A stretch of 64,000 bases of DNA from an uncultured Rhodospirillaceae bacterium (GCA_963997635.1 CAXEND010000001.1:80005-144004); one strand, 5' to 3'. Counted from the first letter of the stretch, positions 20,231 through 31,625 are shown. Notes: generated by a model not told the origin, from the letters alone. Numbers and translations: made by a program.

Positions 20231-21196
20231 ATGGTGTCAATTGGCAGAAGTGAAGATGGAGTATTACCTTTTAGCTTGTCTTCTTCTCAAATACGTGGAC
20301 GTTTAGTCAAACTAGGCACTTCTTTAAATCAGGCATTAAAGAATCATTCATATCCTCCGCTTATCCAACAGTTAATGGGAGAATTAATGGCACTAGGTGT
20401 TATGTTAGCATCAACCATAAAGTATGAAGGCAAACTGACTCTACAAACAAATTCAGATGGTCTAGTCAAAGTGATGTTAGTTGATATTACTAGTGCTGGA
20501 TTAATTCGTGGATATGCCTCTTTTGATAAGAGATCAGAAAAAGATTTCATTTTTGATCAGGACTCGCAACATATATCTATTGTTGAGATTATGGGAAATG
20601 GTCATATTGCTTTCACGGTAGACCAGGGAGCAGAGATGGAGAGATTTCAAGGAATTGTATCATTGGAGGGAGATACTCTTTCCTCTTGTGCTAGACATTA
20701 TTTTATGCAGTCTGAACAAATTGAAACAGATATTTTTCTAACAGCAGGTTATTACAAAGGCATAATCCGTTCTGGTGGCTTGATGCTACAACGTATGCCA
20801 GATTCTCAAAACAAAGACGGTGTTATGAAACCAAGCCAACCGATAGGAGGCAGTGTCAGACAAAAAGAGGGTTTATCAAATTTTGAAGAAGATTGGAATC
20901 GAGCTACCATATTAATGAATAGTGTAAAAAACAGGGAACTTTTAGATCCAAAAATTGATGCCCAGTCAATTGTATACAGACTATTTCATTTGGATGGAGT
21001 TCGTGGTTATCCTGAGAGAGAGATTAGGTTTGGATGCCATTGTTCTCGTGAAAGAGTTATTGCAACTTTAAGTAATTTTTCTCAAGTTGAGATTTCCAAT
21101 ATGTTTGTCGATGGTAAAATCACGGTGAAATGTCAATTCTGCAATTCAGAAGAAAGCTTTACACAGCAGTCAATTGATGCCTCAATTTTAAATTGA
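20231..21196 (+). CDS. hslO: Redox-regulated chaperone Hsp33
   Basis: C-terminal zinc centre CHCSRERV...CQFCNSE; argD-argF-hslO synteny. Confidence 0.9.
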   Translation: MVSIGRSEDGVLPFSLSSSQIRGRLVKLGTSLNQALKNHSYPPLIQQLMGELMALGVMLASTIKYEGKLTLQTNSDGLVKVMLVDITSAGLIRGYASFDKRSEKDFIFDQDSQHISIVEIMGNGHIAFTVDQGAEMERFQGIVSLEGDTLSSCARHYFMQSEQIETDIFLTAGYYKGIIRSGGLMLQRMPDSQNKDGVMKPSQPIGGSVRQKEGLSNFEEDWNRATILMNSVKNRELLDPKIDAQSIVYRLFHLDGVRGYPEREIRFGCHCSRERVIATLSNFSQVEISNMFVDGKITVKCQFCNSEESFTQQSIDASILN

Positions 21197-21253
21197 TTGA
21201 AGTTGATACAGGATTATTTATCGACCTATAATTAACTATAGGAGACCACTTCT

Positions 21254-21853
21254 ATGCACTTACAATCAAAGCCCTTATTAATTAGTTTTTTGTGCGGTTT
21301 TTTTATTTTTTTAGCATCCTGTACTACCACAATTGAAAAGCCAAAATTTAGGGATATTTCCTTTAAACACCTTCCCCCAATAGTTTTTAATGTATCTCAA
21401 ATTGAGATTGTCAGAGATTTTCAATCTACTCTTTTGGAACCTAATGTAGAACATTTTTTCCCATTAACCCCTAAAGTCGCAATTAAGCAATGGCTAGAAG
21501 ATAGAGTGAAAGCAAATGGTTCGCAAAGTTCTATTCAAGTAAGTATTTTAGATGCCAGTGCTGAGATAAAAAAATTGGAAACAAATAGAGATTTGGAGGG
21601 GCTATTCACAACTGAACAGGCGGAAAGAATTGACGCACGAATTGAAGTTAGATTTGATTTAGTAGATGATAAAGGAAAATTAGGTCCATACACTATCGCT
21701 GAGGCAAAAAGATCACGGACAATTGCAGAGGGTGCATCATTGTATGAAAGAGATCGGATATACTTTGATTTAACATTGGCTTTAATGAATGACTTTAACG
21801 CAAGCATGGAACAGGCATTAAGAAAATATTTAGGAAAATATATTTGGCAGTAA
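21254..21853 (+). CDS. Hypothetical lipoprotein
   Basis: Signal peptide with lipobox (LASCTT); 199 aa; no family assignment. Confidence 0.5.
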   Translation: MHLQSKPLLISFLCGFFIFLASCTTTIEKPKFRDISFKHLPPIVFNVSQIEIVRDFQSTLLEPNVEHFFPLTPKVAIKQWLEDRVKANGSQSSIQVSILDASAEIKKLETNRDLEGLFTTEQAERIDARIEVRFDLVDDKGKLGPYTIAEAKRSRTIAEGASLYERDRIYFDLTLALMNDFNASMEQALRKYLGKYIWQ

Positions 21854-21860
21854 GATTGTT

Positions 21861-23048
21861 TTAGTTATCGTCATACATTTTATCATAACAGCAAAATTCT
21901 GACAATTTCCTTAGAAAACCCTCACATTCTGATACCTGTTTAAGTTCTATAAATTCGTTTGGTTTATGTGCTTGTTCGATACTTCCTGGGCCACAAATAA
22001 TTGTAGGAACTCCAGCACTTTGGAATTGTCCAGCTTCTGTTCCAAATGACACAACACCCGTAGAGTTATCTTTTGCGATGTTAAGTGCTAATTCTTCTGC
22101 AAATGAATTCTTTTCTGCACGTAATCCGGGAACTATTGTGCGTTGGATTGTATCTACGCTTGCATTAGCAAAGTTCTTTCTCATAGATGGTAAAATATCT
22201 GTATCTACAAACATTTTAAATTTATTATATATTTCTTCTGGGTCCTCCTCTGGCATTAATCTGTATTCCCAACTAAAGGTACACTCCTTGGGTATAATAT
22301 TTTGTGCAGTGCCACCTTGGATAGTACCAACATGGATTGTTGTGTAAGGTGGTTCAAATTCACTTTGTGAATCAGACATAGTATTACTTATTTCATTTGA
22401 GAGGTCTGAAAGATAGGTTATCAGTCGCGAAGCGTATTGCACTGCATTAACCCCTTTATGTGTAGCACTTGAATGTTGCTCAAGGCCATAAACAGTGGTT
22501 CTAAACCCATGAACCCCTTTGTGTGCATTTACTACCTTCATATTTGTTGGTTCCCCGACAAAACAAGCTAAAGGCATTACTTGTGCCTTACCAAATTGTG
22601 CTATCATACGTGGAGCACCAAGGCAGCCAATTTCTTCATCATATGAGAAAGCAAGATGAATAGGAATTTTTAAACTTTGAGCTAAAAAATACGGGACTAA
22701 ACTTAATGTAATTGCAATGAAGCTTTTCATGTCAGAAGTGCCACGTCCATATAGGCGACCGTTTTTTTCTGTTACATCAAAGGGTTTGGTTTCCCAGCTT
22801 TGTCCATCAACTGGAACCACGTCAGTATGTCCAGAGAGGACGACACCAGGGGTTTCTTCAGGCCCAATAGTTGCAAATAAATTAGATTTATTTGCTGTTG
22901 GATCTGGAATAAGTGTTGATTCGACTCCATGTAAAGATAGATAACGTTGAATAAAGTCAATAAGGTGCATATTTGTTTTAGAGCTTGTTGTGTCAAAAGC
23001 AACTAATTGTTGAATCATCTCAACAGAGGAATAAAATTTCTTTACCAT
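21861..23048 (-). CDS. M20-family metallopeptidase, probable acetylornithine deacetylase (ArgE-like)
   Basis: M20 motifs (SGHTDVVPV, GRGTSDMK, DEEIGCLGA); 395 aa; ArgE versus another M20 enzyme cannot be resolved by eye. Confidence 0.65.
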   Translation of the reverse strand: MVKKFYSSVEMIQQLVAFDTTSSKTNMHLIDFIQRYLSLHGVESTLIPDPTANKSNLFATIGPEETPGVVLSGHTDVVPVDGQSWETKPFDVTEKNGRLYGRGTSDMKSFIAITLSLVPYFLAQSLKIPIHLAFSYDEEIGCLGAPRMIAQFGKAQVMPLACFVGEPTNMKVVNAHKGVHGFRTTVYGLEQHSSATHKGVNAVQYASRLITYLSDLSNEISNTMSDSQSEFEPPYTTIHVGTIQGGTAQNIIPKECTFSWEYRLMPEEDPEEIYNKFKMFVDTDILPSMRKNFANASVDTIQRTIVPGLRAEKNSFAEELALNIAKDNSTGVVSFGTEAGQFQSAGVPTIICGPGSIEQAHKPNEFIELKQVSECEGFLRKLSEFCCYDKMYDDN

Positions 23049-23176
23049 CTTATTTCCTTTATTTGTACTGACTAGGTTTGCTTCATTTAATGAGATTAAT
23101 TTATCACATACAAGCTAAAGCGATATATTGACATCTATATACCACTAGCTAGGTTAGCCGATTAAGAAAAACGGAA

Positions 23177-24439
23177 GTGTCTAGAATGAAAACTCAAAAA
23201 AAGTGGTTGTTATTGGTCTCTCCAATTGTTGTTTTGATTATAGGATTACTAATAGCAGGATATCTTCAAGCTACAAAACCAAAACTTGAGCCTTTGGAGG
23301 TAGTTGAGAGAGAATGGTTAGTAGATATAGAAATTGTTTCACGCGGTGATCAGGTATCTCTTGTTAAAGCCTATGGTGAGATTTTACCTCAGCGAGATGC
23401 TGAAATGAGAGCATTAGTTTCTGGACAAGTAATCGAGATAAATCCAAATTTTAAAGATGGGGGGAATATCTCTGCTGGTGAGATGTTAATTCAAATTGAA
23501 AAATTTGATTACGAATCAAAAATGCGTGAGTCAAAAGCTCAACTTAATGCTTCCAAGGCGTTATTAGAGGAATACATTGCTCAATTAAGAGCTGAAGAAA
23601 AAGCTAAGATAGAAAATAGAGTCCAATTAGATTTGGCGGTTCGTGAATTGGAAAGAAGAGAAAAACTGTTTTCTCAAAAGGTCGTATCGCAAAAACATTT
23701 AGAAGATGCTGCTAAAATTGTCAGTGATCGAACTCGTCTTGAAGCATTATCAACTGAGAACGTGGAAGTGATTAAAGCCAGATTGAAAAGACAAAAATCA
23801 ATAATTTCCAGTAATGAAATAAGCCTTCAACGCTCAGTTCGTGACTACCAAAATACAACATTAATTGCACCTTTTGATGGTTACTTAACTTCAACATCAG
23901 TCGCTGTAGGCAAGCGATTATCAATAAACGATCGAGTTGCTAGGCTTTTGGATTTAAAAAACATGGAGGTTATGTTTCATCTTCCAGACGGTGAGTATGG
24001 TAAACTTCTTTATGCTCAGGAAGATGGATTGACAGGTCGTTTGTTAGAGGTTGTTTGGAGGTTTGGGGAGAAAACCAAGAAGTATACAGCAATTATTGAG
24101 AGAATTTCCAGTGAAATAGAGGCAGAAACAGGTGCAGTTCGTATTTATGCCCAACTAATTAATTCTGACGATAAAATTATAATTCGTCCGGGTGCTTTCG
24201 TGGAAGTCATAATAGAAGGCCCTGTATTCCCTGAGTCAGTTAAGCTTCCAGAAAATGCGGTGCATGAAAATGATGTTGTTTACGTTTTAGTAGGCGAGCG
24301 TTTAGAGAAACGTAATGTAAATATTCTTTCAAGGACGGGGAGGGAAATTATAGTAGCCGGTGAATTAAATGAGGGAGATAAAGTTGTTATTACCCGTTTT
24401 GCCGAGATAGGACCTGGATTAAAGGTTCGTTCAGAATGA
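23177..24439 (+). CDS. RND efflux periplasmic adaptor (membrane fusion protein, HlyD family)
   Basis: N-terminal TM anchor and long coiled-coil region; immediately upstream of an RND permease. Confidence 0.8.
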   Translation: MSRMKTQKKWLLLVSPIVVLIIGLLIAGYLQATKPKLEPLEVVEREWLVDIEIVSRGDQVSLVKAYGEILPQRDAEMRALVSGQVIEINPNFKDGGNISAGEMLIQIEKFDYESKMRESKAQLNASKALLEEYIAQLRAEEKAKIENRVQLDLAVRELERREKLFSQKVVSQKHLEDAAKIVSDRTRLEALSTENVEVIKARLKRQKSIISSNEISLQRSVRDYQNTTLIAPFDGYLTSTSVAVGKRLSINDRVARLLDLKNMEVMFHLPDGEYGKLLYAQEDGLTGRLLEVVWRFGEKTKKYTAIIERISSEIEAETGAVRIYAQLINSDDKIIIRPGAFVEVIIEGPVFPESVKLPENAVHENDVVYVLVGERLEKRNVNILSRTGREIIVAGELNEGDKVVITRFAEIGPGLKVRSE

Positions 24440-24476
24440 AATTCCAAAAAAAATATAGGGCTTTTGGGGGGCTGCT

Positions 24477-27400
24477 GTGAATCTTGGTTATTCTGGTCTT
24501 ATAGGTTTGTTTACTAAACACCGCACAGCTGCCAATCTATTAATGTTATTTTTTATAATGATTGGTGTAGTGGCTTTTGGGAAACTCAATACCCAATTCT
24601 TTCCATCTTTTAGTATAAATTGGGTTACCATCTCTATTGCTTGGCCAGGGGCAGCAGCAGAGGATATTGACTCAAATATTATTGGACTTATTGAGCCAGA
24701 AGTTAGGTTTATTGATAGTGTAAAAAGGGTAGTTTCAACATCGTCTCAAGGTTCAGGTTGGCTTGCCATAGAATTTGAATCTTCAGCGGATATGCAGACG
24801 GCCTTGGCTGACGTTGAAACATCGATAGCACAAGTAACAAATTTACCTAAGGATTCAGATAAACCTATTGTACAGAGAATTTATAATTATGAAACAATTT
24901 CAAGAATTGTTGTCTCTGGTCCCTTTGAGGAATCATCTCTAAAGGCACTCGCAAAAGATTTACGGGAAGGGATGCTTAATTCTGGGATCGATAAAGTTGA
25001 TTTATTCGGTGCAAGAGAGGAAGAAATTTGGGTAGAGGTTCCCTCAGAGATTATGCAACAAATGGGTTTAACTCCCTCTATTATTGCACAGCGAATTGCA
25101 GATTCTTCAATTGATGTCCCATCGGGAGTAACCCCTGGATCTAACCAAAAGCAGATTAGAAGTCTTGGAATAGCTAAAGATGTGGACTCCATAAATACTA
25201 TTAATGTTAAGACATCATCCAATGGTCAACGAATAACATTGGGTGATATTGCAAAGGTTACAAACTCGTTTGAAGAAAATTCTATTGAGACTCTTAGAAA
25301 GGGTAATTCAGCAATAGAACTTCATGTTAGAAGAGCACTAACATCAGATGCTCTTGAGCAGTCATCAAAACTTGATTCATTCCTTGCTAATACTTTGCCT
25401 ACGTTACCCGATACTCTTAAGGTTGAAAGATATAGCGATACAGCCGAAATGATCGAGGATCGTATCAATCTTTTGCTAAGAAATGGTGCGGGTGGTTTGG
25501 CATTAGTTGTGGTGATACTTTTTGTTTTTTTATCTGGTCGTGTTGCATTCTGGGTGGCAGTAGGTATTCCAGTATCTTTAATGGCAACTTTAGGTGTGAT
25601 GCTTCTGTTTGGGCAGAGCATTAACATGGTAAGTTTGTTTGCAATAATTATGGCTTTGGGCATCATTGTGGATGATGCAATAGTTGTTGGTGAACATGCT
25701 GTAACTAGACGAAGTAAGGGTGATGATCCAGCCACTGCTGCAGAAATAGGTGCAAAAAAAATGTTTTGGCCTGTAATAGCTGCATCTTTAACAACTATTG
25801 CTGCTTTTATCCCATTATTACTTATTTCTGACATAATCGGACAAATTATTTACGCCATACCTATGGTAATAATTGCTGTTATAATAGCAAGTTTAATAGA
25901 GAGTTTTTTGATTCTACCTGGTCATCTAAGGTTCGCTCTAAAAAAAGACCCTGCTCAAGAAAATCTTTTTGCACGTTGGTTTAACCCGAAATTTAATGCT
26001 TTTCGTGATGGGTTTTTCAATCAAACTATAAGAGCATGTTTAAAATGGAGATATCTAACAGTTGCGAGTGCCTTGAGTCTTGGAATATTGGTTTTAGGAT
26101 TGATTGCTGGTGGTCGATTAGACTTTGTATTTTTTCCATCACCAGAATCAGATACAGTTTATGCTAATGTTGTTTTTGCAGAAGGTACAAATCGCAACCA
26201 AACTAGGGAAATGATTAGTGAACTTGAAAGATCTCTTTCAGTAGTAGAGCAAAGATTTGGTATGAGTTCAGGTGAGTTGGTAGTAATGAGCTTAGGCCAA
26301 ATTGGTCAATCAGTAGGTCGAGCTGATGATCCTGTTATGACTAATGGAGATCATATAGCTGCTATGCGAGTTGAACTTGTTCCTTCTGACACTAGAAATA
26401 TTCGCACGCACGATTTTGTTAAAACATGGCGTAAAGAAGTAAAAATGAGACCAGGGATAAATTCTTTTTCAATAGTCGAAGAACAGGCTGGCCCTCCAGG
26501 ACGTGAAATAGATATTCGTATAATAGGTGATGACCTTTTGTTATTGAAACAAGCAGCAAATGAAATCAAAGAACTTTTAAATAGATTCCCAGGAGTAAGT
26601 GATCTTAAAGATGATTTGCCGCGTGGAAAAACAGAGATGATTATGGAGCTTAAAAATAGAGGTAAGCTTTTAGGTTTCTCCACTGAGGAAGTTGGTCGCC
26701 AAGTCAGAAATTATTTTGAAGGATCAATAGCTGCGAGAATACCTAGCGATGACAAGGAAATAATTGTACGCGTAAGGTTACCATCGAGCCAACGAGGTGA
26801 AAATGATTTAAGACAATTATTTCTTTTGGCTCCAAATGGAAAGAGAGTTTCTATTTCGGAGATTGTAAAATTTCATGAAACTCAGGGATTTGCTTCAGTC
26901 AAGAGAGAGGATGGGTCACGGACTGTATCTGTTTCAGGAGAAATTGACGAAAACATTAGTAATATGGATGAAGTTCTAGAAAGTCTTCGTAAGGAAGGGC
27001 TTGCTGATATCTCTGCTAAATATAATGTAAAGATCAACTTTAAGGGTAAGGCTGAGGAACAAGCGACCACTATGGCTGACATGAAAGTTGGAGGAATAGT
27101 TGGTTTAGTTGCCATTTATCTAATTCTTGCTGCATTATTTTCTAGTTATTCGATGCCAATTTTTGTTATGTCAGTGATACCTTTTGGTGTGGTTGGAGCT
27201 ATATTGGGTCATCTATTTCTGGGTCATGATATAACTATACTGTCCATGGTTGGTTTATTAGGGCTTTCTGGAATCGTTGTTAATGACTCCATTATCCTTG
27301 TCAGGTCTGTTCAAGATCGCCTTAAGGAAGGAGAACCTCTTTATGAGTCTTTGGTTAATGGTGCACGTGATCGATTAAGGGCTGTAATTTTGACTTCGGT

Positions 27401-27602
27401 AACAACAATTTTTGGTTTATTACCCTTATTATTTGAGACTAGTCTCCAAGCTCAATTCTTAAAGCCAATGGCGGTAACTATAGTTTTTGGTTTGATAGGC
27501 TCAACATTTATTGTTTTAATTCTTGTGCCTTCTTTATTAGCTATACGCTCAGATATAGCTCAGTTAGTTAATCGCGCCAAAAATGTGGAACAAGCAGGAT
27601 AA
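24477..27602 (+). CDS. RND-family efflux permease (AcrB/AcrD/AcrF-like)
   Basis: 1041-aa protein with 12 TM segments and two large periplasmic loops, typical of AcrB-type transporters. Confidence 0.9.
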   Translation: MNLGYSGLIGLFTKHRTAANLLMLFFIMIGVVAFGKLNTQFFPSFSINWVTISIAWPGAAAEDIDSNIIGLIEPEVRFIDSVKRVVSTSSQGSGWLAIEFESSADMQTALADVETSIAQVTNLPKDSDKPIVQRIYNYETISRIVVSGPFEESSLKALAKDLREGMLNSGIDKVDLFGAREEEIWVEVPSEIMQQMGLTPSIIAQRIADSSIDVPSGVTPGSNQKQIRSLGIAKDVDSINTINVKTSSNGQRITLGDIAKVTNSFEENSIETLRKGNSAIELHVRRALTSDALEQSSKLDSFLANTLPTLPDTLKVERYSDTAEMIEDRINLLLRNGAGGLALVVVILFVFLSGRVAFWVAVGIPVSLMATLGVMLLFGQSINMVSLFAIIMALGIIVDDAIVVGEHAVTRRSKGDDPATAAEIGAKKMFWPVIAASLTTIAAFIPLLLISDIIGQIIYAIPMVIIAVIIASLIESFLILPGHLRFALKKDPAQENLFARWFNPKFNAFRDGFFNQTIRACLKWRYLTVASALSLGILVLGLIAGGRLDFVFFPSPESDTVYANVVFAEGTNRNQTREMISELERSLSVVEQRFGMSSGELVVMSLGQIGQSVGRADDPVMTNGDHIAAMRVELVPSDTRNIRTHDFVKTWRKEVKMRPGINSFSIVEEQAGPPGREIDIRIIGDDLLLLKQAANEIKELLNRFPGVSDLKDDLPRGKTEMIMELKNRGKLLGFSTEEVGRQVRNYFEGSIAARIPSDDKEIIVRVRLPSSQRGENDLRQLFLLAPNGKRVSISEIVKFHETQGFASVKREDGSRTVSVSGEIDENISNMDEVLESLRKEGLADISAKYNVKINFKGKAEEQATTMADMKVGGIVGLVAIYLILAALFSSYSMPIFVMSVIPFGVVGAILGHLFLGHDITILSMVGLLGLSGIVVNDSIILVRSVQDRLKEGEPLYESLVNGARDRLRAVILTSVTTIFGLLPLLFETSLQAQFLKPMAVTIVFGLIGSTFIVLILVPSLLAIRSDIAQLVNRAKNVEQAG

Positions 27603-29028
27603 GAGCAGTAAATAACTCTAACCTTCCTATCAACATGGCAAATGATAGTAACCATTTAGCTGCATCAGGTAATGGCTGAAAGTTTCCTGAAGGACCAATT
27701 ATATCGCCAAGACCAGGTCCAACGTTGGCGATTGCTGTTGCAGCACCAGATAGACTCGTCACATAGTCTAATCCCATAAGGGATAATGCTAAAGCGACAG
27801 TGCCAAAGCTGACAATAAATAAAAAGAAAAAACCCATGACTGCTCCTGGAACTTCATCAGGGACAGGGCGACCGTTAAACTTCATGGTAAAAATCCCATG
27901 AGGTTGAATTAACTTCAGCATTTGAACACGGGCAGTTGTATATAAGACGTGAATACGAAAAACTTTTATTCCTCCGGTAGTTGCACCAGTACAGCCACCA
28001 ACAAGCATAATAAGAGTGAATAAAGGCAGAACAAATGCACCCCATAGATTAAAGTCTGTTGAGGAATATCCTGTTCCTGTCATTACGGATATGGCATTAA
28101 AGCTTGCAAGTCTCAAGGCGTGTTCAAAATCTTCACCTCCTTGTGTTGACAACCAACCTGTTAGTGCAAGTATGGTAGCTATTGCAATTCCTAAAAACCA
28201 CCTTACTTGGGTATCTTTAATTAATGCTCTAAATCCTCCTCTAACTGCTTGAAGGTATAGAACAAAAGGTAGAGAGCCTAAAATCATGAAGACAGTTGAT
28301 ATTCCTTCAATAGCAGGACTATCAAAATGCCCAATAGATTCATCTAATGTGGAAAAACCTCCCGTTGCAATAGTAGTCATAGAGTGGCAAATAGACTGGA
28401 AAAGGGTCATTCCTGCTCCCCAGTATGCAATACAGTTAATTACGGTTAGGCCGAAATAAACCATAAAAATTGCACCAGCTAATGCAGCTGCTCTTGGTAA
28501 AACCTTGTCGGATTGATCAGAACTTTCTGTACGAAATAATTGCATTCCTCCTACTTGGAGGACTGGTAGAATTGCTATAGCGGTAACAATTATTCCTATT
28601 CCCCCTAACCATTGTAATAATGCTCTCCATAATAATATACCTGGTGGAGCTTTATCTAAATCAGAAATAACTGTTGAACCAGTAGTTGTTAAGCCACTCA
28701 TCGCTTCAAAGTAGGCATCTGCATAACTTAACCCTAAGTCACTAAAAACAAATGGTAGAGCAGCAAAGGCAGGAATGATTATCCAACTAAAGGTAGTAAG
28801 TACAAATGCCTGACGCACTGAGATTGCAGTTTTACTTGTTCTGCTGACTAATGTAAGACACCCGCCTAGGAAAAGGGTAAATAGGGCAGCTGCCAAAAAA
28901 ACTTGCCAGTCTGGATTATCAGCTATTCTGTCGGCGATTGCTGGAACCATCATAGCAAGCGCGAGTGTTACCAGCAAAATGCCGATCACTAGAAAAACAG
29001 GACGAAAATCACGCACAGAGCCCATCAT
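27568..29028 (-). CDS. trkH: TrkH-family potassium uptake protein
   Basis: 486-aa polytopic membrane protein with repeated selectivity-filter-like glycine motifs (TTTGST, TGTGYS, TGGFS); 3' end overlaps the RND gene by 35 nt on the opposite strand. Confidence 0.85.
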   Translation of the reverse strand: MMGSVRDFRPVFLVIGILLVTLALAMMVPAIADRIADNPDWQVFLAAALFTLFLGGCLTLVSRTSKTAISVRQAFVLTTFSWIIIPAFAALPFVFSDLGLSYADAYFEAMSGLTTTGSTVISDLDKAPPGILLWRALLQWLGGIGIIVTAIAILPVLQVGGMQLFRTESSDQSDKVLPRAAALAGAIFMVYFGLTVINCIAYWGAGMTLFQSICHSMTTIATGGFSTLDESIGHFDSPAIEGISTVFMILGSLPFVLYLQAVRGGFRALIKDTQVRWFLGIAIATILALTGWLSTQGGEDFEHALRLASFNAISVMTGTGYSSTDFNLWGAFVLPLFTLIMLVGGCTGATTGGIKVFRIHVLYTTARVQMLKLIQPHGIFTMKFNGRPVPDEVPGAVMGFFFLFIVSFGTVALALSLMGLDYVTSLSGAATAIANVGPGLGDIIGPSGNFQPLPDAAKWLLSFAMLIGRLELFTALILLVPHFWRD

Positions 29029-29089
29029 GGGGCTCCTATTTCCTATATGAGTTTATGCTTTGCCGTTATACGGCATGCATTTGCTTGTT

Positions 29090-29740
29090 TTAGCCTACGC
29101 ATTTGGATTTTCCAATCATATTGAGAAATTCTTGTCGAGTAGATTGATCATCACTGAAACTTCCTAACATTCTACTGGTTACCATACTGACCCCTGGTTT
29201 TCGTATGCCTCGAGTGGTCATACATTGATGTGCAGCTTCAATTACTACAGCTACTCCTCTTGGCTTTAGCACATCATTTATAGTGTCAGCAACTTGAGCA
29301 GTAAGAGCTTCTTGAATTTGCATTCGCTTGGCAAACACTTCAACTAGACGTGCGAGCTTAGAAATACCAACAACACGTTTGTTTGGAAGATAACCAATAT
29401 GTACAACTCCAATTATCGGAACTATATGATGTTCACAGTGTGATTCAAGACGAATGTCCTTCAAAATTACCATGTTATTATAGTTAGATATATCCTCATA
29501 GGTAGCCCCTAAGATGGTAACAGGATCTTCATTATACCCAGCAAAGAACTCTTCATAAGCTCTTACCACGCGTGAAGGAGTACCAATCAAACCTTCTCTA
29601 TTTGGGTTGTCTCCAGCCCATTTGATAAGAGTTTTTACTGCTTCTTCAGCCTCTTCGCGGTTCGGTCTTATTAGTGTCGAAGTTAATTTCTCTTCATTTT
29701 CAATGTTATCTTTAGTCAAACTAGGTCTCCTGTTTATCAA
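29090..29740 (-). CDS. folE: GTP cyclohydrolase I
   Basis: Conserved [10 protein letters not shown] zinc-binding motif; 216 aa. Confidence 0.9.
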   Translation of the reverse strand: MINRRPSLTKDNIENEEKLTSTLIRPNREEAEEAVKTLIKWAGDNPNREGLIGTPSRVVRAYEEFFAGYNEDPVTILGATYEDISNYNNMVILKDIRLESHCEHHIVPIIGVVHIGYLPNKRVVGISKLARLVEVFAKRMQIQEALTAQVADTINDVLKPRGVAVVIEAAHQCMTTRGIRKPGVSMVTSRMLGSFSDDQSTRQEFLNMIGKSKCVG

Positions 29741-29830
29741 ACTACAATGTATTTAAAAAACCATTACCTATATTAACTGCCTATCTAACTCCCAATATCA
29801 GTGAAAGCAAGTTATAAAAAATATAGTTGC

Positions 29831-30223
29831 TCAATTTATATGGGTACGAACATTCGGACTGTCGAGGGAAAAAGCAGGAATTTTTACATTAAAACGGTCA
29901 CCATTGGTAGTCTCCATCTCATATGTACCAGCCATTATTCCTGTTGGTGTAGTTAAGGGGCAACCACTTGTATATTCAAACATTTCACCAGGTTCTAATA
30001 CAGGTTGTTCTCCTACAACTCCTGGACCACGAACTTCTTGAATGCGGCCGAAACCATCCGTAATTTTCCAGAATCTATTGATGAGCTGAACTGTTCGAAC
30101 ACTTTGATTTTGAATTCTTACATGATAAGCAAACACAAAGCGTCCTTCATCAGGATCTGATTGTTCCTCAAGATAAAAGGGTTCTACAGAAACTTCTATT
30201 TCTTGTGTTGTTTCGTAATACAT
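29831..30223 (-). CDS. apaG: ApaG (DUF525) protein
   Basis: 130 aa; conserved ApaG core (FAYHVRIQNQS...FWKITDG). Confidence 0.85.
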   Translation of the reverse strand: MYYETTQEIEVSVEPFYLEEQSDPDEGRFVFAYHVRIQNQSVRTVQLINRFWKITDGFGRIQEVRGPGVVGEQPVLEPGEMFEYTSGCPLTTPTGIMAGTYEMETTNGDRFNVKIPAFSLDSPNVRTHIN

Positions 30224-30298
30224 TTGCCTAAAAAATTACCTTCTTGAATACTGCTGCTAATGAACCCGACTCTTCTTATTTGGCTAATAATTTCTAAT

Positions 30299-31498
30299 TT
30301 ACAAGCTATTAATTGCTTGTCTTAGATCAACAATTAAGTCGTCTGTGTCTTCTAATCCAACCGAAAGTCTAACTAATGAGTCACTAATTCCTAATTGAAT
30401 TCTGTTATCTTCACTTAGACGCTGGTGAGTTGTAGTTGCAGGATGTGTAATTAAACTTTTTGAGTCACCTAAATTATTTGAAATATCAATTATTTTTAGT
30501 TCATTAAGAACTTTAAATGCTTCTTTTCTTCCGCCTTCAATTTCAAAAGATACAACAGTTCCACTATTACTCATTTGTTTTTTTGCAAGATTATATTGTG
30601 GATGAGTTTCTAAGCCTGGATATATTACACTCTGTACATTCGTAGAATTACTTAGAAAGTAGGCTATTTTTTGAGCACTTTCACACATGTATTTAACTCT
30701 TAGATGCAGTGTTTCTAAACCTTTTGTCATAACCCAGGCATTGAAAGGGCTCATAGTAGGTCCTGTATTCCTGTAAAAGGGGACTAGTTGATCTGAAATC
30801 CACTTCTCACTTGATAGTATTGCACCACCTAAACAGCGACCTTGCCCATCAATATGTTTTGTAGTTGAATAAACGACTATATCGGCACCTAATTCAAGTG
30901 GCTGTTGTAGTGCTGGGGAAGAAAAAACATTATCAATTATAACTTTTGCACCAATGGAATGAGCAATATCAGATAAAGTGCAAATATCTACGATTTCAAG
31001 TGTTGGGTTAGAAGGGCTCTCAAAGAATATACACTTTGTATTTTTCTTAAGTGCTGATTGCCATTCATCTAATGAACGTCCATCTACCAAAGTAACCTCA
31101 ATTCCATATTTTGGTAATAATTCAGTAATTATGTAATGACAGCTACCAAATAATGACCTTGAGGAGACAACATGGTCACCTGATTTAAGCTGACACATAA
31201 GTGATGCAAACACGGCTGACATGCCAGAAGCAGTTGCCCTACAATCTTCAGCACCTTCAATAGAAGCCAGTCGATTTTCAAAAACACGTACTGTGGGGTT
31301 CCCAAATCGAGAATATACAAAGCCTTCGCTTTCTCCAGAAAATCTTGCTTCAGCCAGCTCGGCAGTCTCATAAACAAATCCAGAAGTAGCGTAAATAGCT
31401 TCGGCGGTTTCACCAAATTTTGAACGATCAAGGCCGCTACGTACGGCTCTTGTTGCTAACCCCCAATTATTTTTACAATTACTTTTATCGTCTCCCAT
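30299..31498 (-). CDS. metZ: O-succinylhomoserine sulfhydrylase / trans-sulfuration PLP enzyme
   Basis: Cys/Met-metabolism PLP-dependent family (PLP lysine region STTKHIDGQG); 399 aa; an upstream candidate SAM riboswitch supports a methionine-biosynthesis role. Confidence 0.7.
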   Translation of the reverse strand: MGDDKSNCKNNWGLATRAVRSGLDRSKFGETAEAIYATSGFVYETAELAEARFSGESEGFVYSRFGNPTVRVFENRLASIEGAEDCRATASGMSAVFASLMCQLKSGDHVVSSRSLFGSCHYIITELLPKYGIEVTLVDGRSLDEWQSALKKNTKCIFFESPSNPTLEIVDICTLSDIAHSIGAKVIIDNVFSSPALQQPLELGADIVVYSTTKHIDGQGRCLGGAILSSEKWISDQLVPFYRNTGPTMSPFNAWVMTKGLETLHLRVKYMCESAQKIAYFLSNSTNVQSVIYPGLETHPQYNLAKKQMSNSGTVVSFEIEGGRKEAFKVLNELKIIDISNNLGDSKSLITHPATTTHQRLSEDNRIQLGISDSLVRLSVGLEDTDDLIVDLRQAINSL

Positions 31499-31525
31499 AG
31501 TATATTACCCCGTTATCAACACAGC

Positions 31526-31625
31526 AAAAAAAAACTCTGACCAAAAGTCAGAGCTTTAAAAAGCATGAGACCTTTTAGCCGTTTATTTTACGTGGCCGCA
31601 AGCCGGTCGACTCAAATCGCCACAA
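31526..31625 (-). promoter_or_regulatory. Candidate SAM-II-type riboswitch with intrinsic-terminator expression platform in the metZ 5' leader
   Basis: Minus-strand leader reads GCGAUUUGAGUCGACCGGCUUGCGGCCACGUAAAAUAAACGGCUAAAAGG, carrying the GAUUU...GGCUUG...GCUAAAA elements of SAM-II-like aptamers. It is followed by hairpin GCUCUGAC-UUUUG-GUCAGAG plus a U9 run, 28 nt before the metZ start. Confidence 0.4.
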